Assembly: GCF_036321535.1 (NCBI RefSeq)
Contig: NC_087447.1
Span: 48,796,001 to 48,860,000, forward strand
Direction: 5' to 3'
From: Camelus dromedarius
Lineage: Eukaryota
Length of the DNA stretch: 64,000 nucleotides
Position numbers and translations under genes: made by a program. Of this stretch, positions 42,101-53,887 are shown piece by piece (the stretch's first letter is position 1; every line of letters starts with the position of its first letter). The notes under the pieces were generated by a model. That model did not search any database and was not told where the DNA came from. It was given only the letters and a program-made list of their open reading frames with translations.

Positions 42101-45100
42101 AGTAAAATTTATAACGGTGTATTTTATAGTTAGTGGTATTTATATCTGTTTTTCCTGCCAGATCTTCTTGAGAGCATGGTATTTTCTTGATCTTTGCATA
42201 TGAATGTTTAGCAAAAAGCCTTGTATACAGGTAGTAGCTGCTTATTTAATGCTTGTTGAATGATTGAAAGGTCAGTAAGGGAAGAAAGAAGGAATTTGGA
42301 AAAATTCTCAATAGCCTGGTAAGTAGCTTATAGTGGTCTTTAGAGAGCTAGAGAAAATTTTTATTCTGGTTACTCCCATGAAGTGACCTAGTTGTGGTCA
42401 GTTAGCAAACTATCCTTAAAAAGAATCCTTATGGGTCTATTGTGACCTCTTATTTTCTACCCTCTGGAATTAAGATCATGAGTTACGAAGCAAGACCCAT
42501 AGTGAGATATGAATACTTACATTTTTATTTTGTGCTAAAATTATTCCTGAATGGCAACAGGAGGAAGCAAGTGGAGTTTTCTGATGATGAGACAAAAGAA
42601 ACTGAAAACATGAAAAAGAAGAGGAGAAGAATCAAACTTCCTGAGTCTGATAGCAGCGAAGATGAAGGTGGGCAGTGCTGTTAATTTTTGGTTAGTGGGG
42701 TTGTCTCAGTTTGGGCTCCAAAAATACTGTAGACTGGGAAGTTTAAACAACGGTTCTAAAGGCTGAGAAGTCCAAAATCAGGTGAGAGCTCTCTTCCTCA
42801 TTTGTAGGACACCTTCTTGCTGAATCCTCACATAGAGAAATCACCCCTCTCATGCCTCCAGTCTCATTCATGAGGGCTCTGTCCTCATGACGTAATTATC
42901 TCCCAGAGGTCCCACCTCTAAATACTATCATTTTGGGGATTAGGGCTTCAACATATGAATTTTGGGGGAAGACACAAACATTCATTCAGTCCACAGAAGG
43001 GTCAATTATTATTATGATGATTTTAGCCCAGGAGCTAAAAAGTTACTTATTATGGGTCACAGAAGTAATCCTAGCATTGAGAGACATATAGTACCTATTT
43101 CTGTTTAAAATCTATTTTAACCTTTTGATAAGAACCATAATCTGGTAATTTGCCAAAATAAGAAGTACAAAGGGAAAGAAAATAAGGATTATTATTATAT
43201 TTATTATCAAAGACATTTTCTTTTTTAAAAAATAAAATAGAATTATTCCTTTGGCTACCTCATGTGAATCTTATAAAATGGATGATATTGCAGCATCAAG
43301 GGTATTGGTGGTGGTTTGTACCACATAAGTAAAACATACTAGGATGAAGAATCTGCAGTGTCATTGTTGAAAGGGAATGACACCGTGGACCCCCAGTTTT
43401 AGGTTGTGGACACTGTTGTAAGATAAGTGAACAGAATAAGGGCAGGATTTGCGCCTGAAAAATTAATGTGCCTGTTAAAAGAATACCAAGTATTCTGAGA
43501 GCCAAGATCTATTCCCAAATTGTGTAAATGAAAGTACAGAAAAAGAAGGAGGCTAAAGAGAAAGATATCTGGGTTGAACTGACATGCCAGATGACTTTGA
43601 CCCTGAAAAGCCTGCTTTGAGAACCAGTGGTGAAAAGCTTGAGCTGCTGTGATTGATTCTCCATGAATTCATGGCATAATGAGTATAAAACATTTTAGGT
43701 AATGCCCGGGGGAACTCTTGTCCAAAGGGATTCAGCATCACATAAAGGTAGACAAAAGCAAACAAACTGACGTTAAAAGAGATTAAAGGAGAAAATTGAA
43801 TGCAAAAAAAGGAACCTGCTATGCTGTTGAAGAACAAAGCTAAACTTCTTAGACTCTACTCTTACCGGAAACTGCTATAAGAAGCACTGAAAATGGTAAC
43901 AGAGTTTTCCCCAAAAGTGGGGGGGGGGGGCGGGTATTAGCCCAAGTGAAGAAACAAATTATATATATAGATGACAGTAATGCAAAGGAAATGAACAGAC
44001 CTAAGAAATAATACAAGGAAGTTGAATATGTCTGTGGCAGAAAGAAATTTTTTTTAAGTGAGGGAGGGAGGTAATTAGGTTTATTTATTTACTTTTTTTT
44101 TTTAAGAGGTATTGGGTATTGAACCTAGGACCTCGTGCATGCTAAGCATATGCTCTACCACTTTGAGCTATACCCTCCCACCTCAGACATACATCTTTGA
44201 CTCTTCCATGGATTTAGGGTTTTCAGTGACTGGAATGGATAGGGATAAGGTATTGTGAGCATCCCAGTGGGACAGTTGCTGTATACTCATCCCATGTCAT
44301 TTATCAAAATGCTTTAACCAAGACTGCAGAACAGAAGATCCCCAAATGTGTGGATGAAACAAGAACCATCAAGAAACATTCTGACAGGTTAAGAGTTAAG
44401 GAAATAGAGGCAACTCCATGCAGACACATGGGAAAATAACTTAGGAAATAACTTAAGAATGTATGCTAACTGAAACAGCCTTTCCTAATTCCAACCAGGA
44501 GAAGAACTTGGGGAAGATTCTAGAAAAGTCTTTGAAGCCATCTGCCTAATGGACATTTAAAAAGTAAACTGGATACTCTAGTATTAGTGAAGGAGTCAGC
44601 TCTAAGTCAAGGAATTAACTGTAGTTGATTGAACACTCGTTACATACTTCTGAAATATTTTCTGTAGTTTGATCCTTAGCTCACAAAAATAATACTCATA
44701 AGTTATTAGAAATATGAGTGGGGTTATTTAGTTTGGAAAGGATTGAGAAAATGTGAAAGAGGTGGACAACCTATAATAACAGATGATATAGAGCAGAGGC
44801 TCTCAGATTTTTTCTCTGGCAAAGGTAACTTGGCATCTGACTAAATTTATAAACCTTTGCCATTTTATTCCTAAATTTCTTCTTTGTCTCAAAGCCAGTG
44901 GAATTTTATTTTAAACCTTTACATAGTCTCTAAATTATTATTGTTTTATTTCTGTTACACTGATTATGTGCTATTAGTTCAGTATGCTGTCTCCAGCTAG
45001 AAGTTAGTACATGAGCAATAGGAGTGGAGGAAATGGCAGAGACTTTGCAGTCAGACAGACCTGGGTTTAAATCTTGCCTCCATCACTTACTGTGTGGCTT

Positions 45101-48100
45101 TCAGTAGATTACTTAACTTTAGTTCCTTGTTTCCTCATCTCTAAGATGGGGATGTTATCACAAACTGGGTAGCCCTTTTATGAACATCCAATAAGATGCT
45201 GTGTCAAAAGTGTCAGGATAGTGCTTAACGTTATTTTTCCTAATTCATGCCACTTTTTCAATTGAAATTCAGTAAGCATTTAATGATAGTAAATGCACTT
45301 GAAAATACCTTCTCAGAAAATTCCCTTCAACTTCATATCCTTAACTCTCTACTCAAGGGACTGTTCCTTTCTCCTTCTCTCTGGCAGAGTCATAAGCACC
45401 GTTAGCAGTTCTGCATACTCTCTTTGCAAAGCAAGAAAAGGCCAGACCCAGAAAGAAATAACATTAAGAGTGATATCTACATTGCTAGGAAGCAGTAGTT
45501 TTAACCAGTATGTTTCAGTCTTTGCTAACATTTGTAGTCCTTGCAGATTGCTTATAGAGAATGTTAAGCCAATGATCCATCCACCCAACCCCCTTTTTTT
45601 GAGAGTGGTTATTCTATAGTATTCATTCTTTTTTTTATTGAAGTATAGTTGATTTACATTGTTGTGTTAGTTTCTGTTGTATGCATAGTGATTCAGTTAT
45701 ATACACACAGATACACAAACTACTGTATATAAGATAGATAAACAACAAGGTCTCACCCCCTCCCTTTTTTTTAAAGGTTAAGACAAGTAGTTACAAAAAT
45801 TTCCTAGGAAACTGTGAGTGATTTCCAAGAATTCTAATTACCCATCTCTTCCAGAAAACTGATGAACAGTGGTTACATTGCTAGATCCCTTGGGTTAGTT
45901 TTGCCCCAGTTCTAATTCTGCCTCAACAGAGGTTGCTTTCTTGGGTAAGTGATGTTTCACTGCTTGAGTACCTTAATATGAAGAGCTGTAAATTCGTTAC
46001 AAACATATTTAAAATACACCAATGCATCAATCATTCCTTATGCTTATATCACGAAAAGTCTATTGAGGGAGAATGCTTGGCTTGATAATAAAGATGAAGG
46101 CAAATAGATACGGATTCTAGCATATGAATGTGGGCAAGTTTTTTAAAAATCTCTTTGAATCTCAGTTGTGTATAACAGAAATAGTAATAGTGATTTTGTG
46201 GGGTTATTATAAAAATGAATGACTAATATTTGTAAAGCCCAGAAAGTTCTAGATGTTTTCCCTATCTTTTCTTCCTTATTAAAAAAAAATTTAAACAAAG
46301 TAATACATATACACAATTTCAAAAATCAGATAAAATACAAGTTTTATAATATAAACCTCTCCTTAATTGACTCACTTAATTGACTGATGCTTCTCTTGTC
46401 AACTTTCTCCTATCTGCCTTCCATCTTCCAGGAATTTGAAATTTCTTATTCATTAAGAGCTCTTGGCTCCTCTGATGTTCTCTTCCTTATTATGGGGGAT
46501 TACAACATTTCATTTCTTTTTTATCGTTGTTTCTCTTTGCGGGTATGTGGAAGGGAGAAGGAGGTATATACCAAATCTTCCTTGACCTAGAACTCCCCTC
46601 ATCCCAAATTTAGTTCAGAAAATAATTCTTTTCCTTTATTAAAAAAAAAAATTGTTACTCTATCCAATGCCAGAGAAATCGTGGTACCTCTGCCTGTATG
46701 TAGCTTAGAGTCTGAAGGGGGGAAATAGATAATCAGTTCCATATAGCACAGTGAGAAGGGTCTTAGAGGGTGCTGCTTGGGATTATGTGTTTTCCTTAGT
46801 TAAAACAAGTCGTTACAGAACTGGAAATAGAATAAGAACTCATAAATTTATTACTGTGAGTACTCAAAATTCCTTTTCTTTGGCGTCCTCACTGCATAAA
46901 CTTTCCTTCTACCACTGTAACACATTGTGACACAGCTTTCTTAATAGCTATACCTTCAGAAAAATAGGTGCTTATGGTTCTGTGGTTTGACTTGACTTTT
47001 GCTTGCTTGAGCTCCCATCATGTTCTAGCCTCCCAGAGATGGTTAATAAATAGCTGGACCACTTTCCTTTTATGTTTCTGTCTGTTGTTTTCTAGAGCTT
47101 ATAAAGTTGTGGGGCCCATTTCATAATTGAAGTGTATAATTTATTGTTTCTTGGCTTCTGTTCTGCTTCACCTTTTAGTTCATTTGGCCTTGAACCCCTC
47201 ACTGTCATAATTTTTAACACTGACCTAAATCAGTTGGGAGAATTTCAGATCCAAGACTTGTGCTAAGAATTTGAATACAGCCAGGAGATTCAGGGAGCAG
47301 GTGAGGCTAGGCAGCTACCCAGTCCCTTGACCAGTAATTTCTTGTGGTGATTAAGCAATAGGTCAGCTGAGGATTTTCACTTTCTCTCATGGGCCTTCTA
47401 CTAAGATCACTGTTTCTGGAACTATTCAGAAATGATGGAATTTTCCTGGTGGCTCTCTTCTCAGGTGGTACCACTTCTATAGTGATATTTCTTTCCTTAA
47501 AATATTCCTTTTTGCCTATCTCAGTGTAGCAAAACAAGTCTCATGGGAGAGGCAATCACTTGAAGTACTTCCCAGACAACATATTAATAAGCAGGTCTTA
47601 GTTAGAACGATAATTGTGATCATCATTTCAAAGATGATTCCCCAACCCCCGAAGTTATGTTCTTAGTATCAACTGGAAAATTTCAGTCTAACAAACATCT
47701 TAGGTGACTGCTAATAATCCTTAGATCACGTCACAGAATCACTATTACTATTATTTCTGTTTTATACAACTGACGTTCAAAGGGATTTAAAAAAGACTTG
47801 CCCGCATTCGTATGCTAGTATCCATGTCTGTCTGCCTTAGTCTTTATTATCAAGCCAAACATTCTCCCTCAGTAGATTTTTAATGACATAAGCATAAGGA
47901 ATGGTTGATGCATTGGTGTATTTTAAATATATTTGTAATGGATGTCTTCAGATGAAAGGTACTCGCATTTGGTATAATCTGAGGATTATCTCCACTTACT
48001 TGATATTAAGAGAAAATGTCTGGCCCTGAATGGTAAGGCGGCATGATATAGTTGGAATAGTAAGGCTGTGGAATCAGAGTAACTGGGGTTTAAAACCTCC

Positions 48101-51100
48101 TGCCTCAATTGCAAACTCTGTGACCCCAGCAAGTTAATTAACATCTCTGAACCTCTGTTTACGCATCTCTAACGTGTGAATAATAGTAATTTGTCTCTTG
48201 TTTGCTGTGAGGATAAAGTGAAATAATGTAAGTGGAATAGATGACACATGGTAGATGACCAGTGGATATTTGTAAAATAACTTTATACCCTGACTTATCT
48301 GTAAAATTAGAAGCTTAGCTCAGATGATCTTTAAGGTACATTCTAGCTTTAATAATTCTTGATTCTGTTTCTCTTTGTATGAAAATTAATAAAATGTGTG
48401 TTTTAAAGATATATAACTGCAGAGTCCTTGGTTATCATGAATTACTGCTTGCAAAATGTGCTTTGCCAGACATGGAAGTGTAAAGAGTCCGTGGAGAAGG
48501 CATCGTACCAGATTCTGCCGTAGTTCTCTTATCTAAGCTTGTTTCCTTATTTCAGTCATACCAGACTCTCCTGGGGCGTATGAAGCCGAGTCACCATCCC
48601 CACCTCCTCCTGCTTCCCCACCTCCTCCTGCTTCTCCATCTCCTGAACCACTGCCGAAGACCGAGCCAGAGCCTCCTTCTGTCAAGGTACAGCTTTACTG
48701 GGATGGCTGCCTTTCCATGTGTCTTTCATTGCCCAAGGATAAAGCTGCTCTGCTAAACTAGTTTGCCGCTGTACCCTTCACACGTGCCAGTAGTTGCCTC
48801 CTGTCGCATTCAGCTCTCCTAAAGGTGGTGCAGAGCGGGCATGTCCTCTCTTCTTACCTGAAGTGGGAGTTCAGCCATAGGGTGTCATCTCAGGAATGTA
48901 ACAGAGGTCAGTCCTGGGAGCTCTTTTGTTTTTCATGACCTCCAGCTTCAGGGCAGCTGTGCTACCCAACTTCTGTTGGCTTTGTGCAAAATGAAGTCTT
49001 GCAGCAGAGCAGAGTGTGTGAAAGAGTAGAACAAACAACTATGCACATTTGTTGCTCTTCTAGAAAGGGCTGCAAATGGAGAAATACGGTTTTCAGTGAT
49101 TTTCACCTGCATCTTGTCAGCAACTGTTAGTGTAATGAAGGGTTAAAAGATGGGTGGGTGTTTTTTTCCTTTATGACTATTAGTTTTCCTTAATTTATTG
49201 TCTTACAGACTATCTAAATTTTGTACTAATTTCCTCACTAGCTGAAGAGAAAATGGGGTGAAAGACCAGTAGAGAAAAAAGGAAATTGGTATAATACCTG
49301 TTTGAGACAAAATTTGATGGTGGTAAAGTTGCAGTGTTGAGGCTGAATGAGCAGGTATCTAGAGCAAGGGTGGGTGCTGTGGAGACCTGTGGTCTGGTTT
49401 AGGGGCCCTTCCCTTTGTGTTTCCATAATATCTGCTGTGGCCTTGTATTAAAGCCCTTACCGCAGGGTATTGCCATGGTCTTTTTCCTTGTCTCTCCTCC
49501 ACTAAGGCTCTTGTCTTATTGGTCCTTTTTAACTGTGATGCCTACACTACTCAACAAGTTTGTTGACTGAATGAACAGTTCTTTGTTCAACATACTGTTT
49601 TTCTTCTCACAAACAATGGAGTAACAGGCCTGCACATACAATGAGCATAACTTGTCCATGTGGTTGGGCTGGTTCCCTAAGAGGAAATGTATAAAATTCC
49701 TTGTTCAACTTTTTATCATGGAGTATTGGAAGTAATTATTATAGATTAAAAAGATTTTATTATTTTTCTCTATTGCTTCATTGGTCAATTTAATGTTGTT
49801 TCCTTTGATCTTTTAGAGCTCAAGTGGAGAAAACAAAAAAAAACGAAAGCGTGTGCTAAAATCTAAAGTCTTTGTGGATGAGGAGGGCTGCATGGGTAAG
49901 AAAAATCTGGGGCTCCAAATCCAGAGAGAGAGTTATTACCATAGAGCACCTTAATCCCTTACAGAGCAAGATGCCCAAACTTCAATGTGCACATGACTCA
50001 TCACCAAGTGATGCTATATGCTGCTTGCTTGTGGCCCACACTTTGAGTAGAATTTAGAGAACACTGCAACCAAAGTCAGAACACCTGGGTTCCTGTTTGG
50101 GCCATACGCTGTAAAAAGAAGCCTTGAGATCTTGGATAAAAGTCCCATCACCTTTGATGGGGGTTTCTTGACCTGTGGCATGGAGGGAAAATATCCATGT
50201 TGCCTATATGTGGGGTTGTTGTGAAGCTTCAGGTGAGGTCATACATCTAAAATAAAACACTTTCAAGAGGGAAACCACATGCCAGTTTTAAATGTTTTCA
50301 TAGACATTGAGAAACATTTCTGGGTTTTTTTTTTTTTTTGAATGTTTGTTTTATACATCTGAACAATGGAAAAGAAGTTCCTACAGATGATTGGACTCTG
50401 AAGAGTGTCAAGAGTCTTCTTGGTATTTCGTCCCACTTGTTTTCTAGAGATGTATGACTGGGAGATCACTTCCTTTGTGTGTGTTTGTAAGCCATGTTAG
50501 GGAACAGCATTGTGCTTTTTATGCAGGCCTACAGGGAATTAGAATTCAGGCTTTGAATCATCAGTTGATTCTTCAGCCATGTTTTAGCTTGTTCTACCTT
50601 TTCCACAGTTGACCGACTTCTGTGGGTCTTTTAGGGTTTGAGGCCCAATGAGATGCTCAGATCCTTGAACTGTCTTTTGTGTTTGGAGATTGAGGCTCTT
50701 AAACCTCCTGTTAGTCAGGTCACCCATAACTGTCATTTCTTCTTTCCTGTGACACTGGCCACACCTTGGCTCTCCTAGAGAAGTATTTTTTCTCTTTCTT
50801 GATTGTCCTTTTCTGGTTCAAATTTTTGTCTTGAAAATGTTGATTGACTCTGAACATCAACTTTTCCTCGGCAGCAATGTGATTGTTAAAACCTGTGAAG
50901 ACATCGGTCTTGAGCCCTGTCCCACTATTCTCCACCTCCCACTCCTGTGAAAAGGCCTCTGCCATCTTAATTGTAGCATGATTAGGGAATAAATTACTTA
51001 CACAGGGAAATTCTGTCTTTTCAGTGCCAAGTTTCTAATGAGCCTATGAATTCTGAATCTTAGTCTTTTTTTGTTTTGTTTGTTTTCACTTTGTCTTCTA

Positions 51101-53847
51101 ATAGTGAATTTCAAGCCTCTTGGTTTGACTGTTGGTGGAAATATATATATTTACTGTTGAATTTCTTATTTTTTTCTCTTAAGTTTAAGAGGACAAAAGC
51201 ATCAATGCCAGTTTTTTCCTCCTACCTCAAAAGAAAAGTGTCAAAAATACCTATATGAGAATTAATTGGGAATTTGTAGCTAATTACCTATTGCTTTGTT
51301 CAAAACATAATACTTAAGTTTTGGCCAGGTGTGGGATATGAACTCTCCAGACAGGACTATTAAGAGCCTTGGATGCAACAATGAAAACTGTGCTCACATA
51401 GCACTTTTTTTTTTTTTTAAAGGTTTTTAGTCCAAGCTCGACCTAATGAATCTTGGCTCCTGCTACCAACAAAGGAGTTCTGCTTTCCTCTCTTTGCTCA
51501 GACTGTTCCAAATGTACCAGCACAGGGGGCTTGTCCTGTCCTGTGCTGAATCAGAACTGGTGTGTGGGTTTAAAAAGCTGACCTTTCCCTTTCTGTGAGT
51601 TTACTGCAGGGACTGGGGAGTTGGGCCCCTGGGATAAGTTTGGGGTGGACTTCTGGACAGTGTAGATTTCTAAGAGCAAAACAGTTGAATGGAAAAGAAT
51701 TCTTCTTACCCATGCAAACTAGGCTTTTTTTTTATGGCAGCCCAGAAAGGTGGCATGTTGTTCAGCTAAAATAGAGGTCCTGTATTTTTAAGTTGAAATC
51801 TCCTTTGTTCTGTAGTTTGAAGTAGCTACAGCTTTGAATATAGAAATGCTCCTTTTAGCTTTTAGGGTATATACCAAGTGTTCTGGTTAAGAAATTCTGT
51901 TAGTGCTGCCAGAACTGGTTTTTAACTCCCTCAAGCAATGCATCACACTAAATTGGCAATGAGATAACCAGTGATTAGTAATAATGAGCTAATTGATACT
52001 GGAGTTTAATATTATAGGCATACTGCCATTTGAACACAGAATATAGCTTATGGGGGAGCAAGTCTTATACCAACAACTAATAGTAAGTCATTTCTTTATT
52101 TGTAGATGGCTCTTCAGACTTCCCTAATTTGAGATATTGAGTAAATAACAGCACATAATTTTGTTCCAATAATTCAGTTACATAATGCTTTTGAAATTGC
52201 ATCAGGATGGGAATGGTTTTCTGGGATCATAATTGTTGAACTAATAGGTATGCCATGGAAATTCCTTAAATATCTCAACACTTCTCAAACTTTGCTGAAT
52301 ATATGCGTTACTTGAAGATCTGGGTAAAATTCACATTCTGATTCAGTAGGCCTGGGGTAGGACCTGAGATTCTGTGTTTCTAGTGAGCTCATGGGATATT
52401 CTGATGCCTCTGGTCTGTGGAGCCTTAGGCCTTCAAGAATGCTTAATGTATATTTAAAGCTTACTACTGTTTTTTTAGCCTCTAAGTTGGCAGGAGTCAG
52501 CCAAAGTGAATTCTAGGCTCTTGAAAGTAATGGCAAATCCTGGGAACTCTTAGGGAGGGGACCATTAATTATCTGACCATAGTAGGATTAAATGGATAAA
52601 GTGAAGGAATACTCAAAGGGGAACCCTCCTACACTGCTGGTGGGAATGCAGTTTGGTGCAGCCACTATGGAAAACAGTGTGGAGATTCCTCAAAAGACCC
52701 TTAGGAATAGACTTACCATATGACCCAGGAATCCCACTCCTGGGCTTGTATCCAGAAGGAACCCTACTTCAGGATGACACCTGCACCCCAATGTTCATAG
52801 CAGCACTATTTACAATAGCCAAAACATGGAAACAGCCTAAATGTCCATCAACAGGTGACTGGATAAAGAAGATGTGGTATATTTATACAATTGAATACTA
52901 CTCAGCCATAAAAACTGACAACATAATGCCATTTGCAGCAACATGGATGCTCCTGGAAAATACTCCACTGGCAATAGCCAGTTGACCTCCAGCTTGGCTC
53001 ATTGTGAGGGGTAAAAATAGCACTGAAGAGTGCTTGCCACAGATTTCTGGGTGTGTCCTGTGAGGCAATGTATCACCATTTTACAGGGGAGGAAAGACAG
53101 CGATTCTTCAGGTGTGGCCCCTGACCTGCAGCAGCAGCAGCAGCACCTGGGAACACTGTGAGAAAAGCAGATTCCTGGTGTCACCCCAGACCTACTGAAT
53201 CTAAAACTCTGGAAATAAAACCCAGCAGTCTGTGTTTAAACAAGCCTTCAAGTAATTCAGATTACATGTTAAAGTTTGAAATTATATAAGTGACAGACAA
53301 GATATTAGAACACAGGTGTATTTGATCCCAAAGCCTATGCCTCTAGAACAGTTTGACGGATATATATTTTTTGTTTGAAGTATAGTCGATTTACAGTGTT
53401 GTTTCAGGTGTACAGCAAAGTGATTCAGTTTTATATAATATATTCTTTTTCAGACTCTTCCATTATAGGTTATCACAAGATATTGAATATAGTTCCCTGT
53501 GCTATATAGTAGGTCCTTGTTGCTTATCTATTTTATATATAGTGGTGTGCATCTGTTAATCCCAAACTCCTTATTCCTCCCGCTACTTTTTCCTTTGGTA
53601 ACCATAAATTTGTTTTTTATGTCTGAGTCTATCTCTGTTCTGTAAATAAATTTGCTTGTGTCATTTTAAAAAATTTTACATATAAGTGGTATCATATGAT
53701 ATTTGTCTTTGACTTTCTTCACTTAGTATGGTAATCTTTAGCTCCACCTATGTTGCTGCAAATGGCATTATTTCATTTTTACGGCTGAGTAATACTCTGT
53801 TGTATGTATGTAGGTGTTTGTGTGTTTATATGTGTGTGTGTACACAA

Positions 53848-53887
<40 letters not shown>

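Noticed and set aside
52279..53282. Oppositely oriented MER5 copies as TIRs of a composite transposon carrying the L1 fragment
   Set aside because: MER5 copies are ancient, abundant and mutually diverged; the L1 piece is much younger and has its own TSD.
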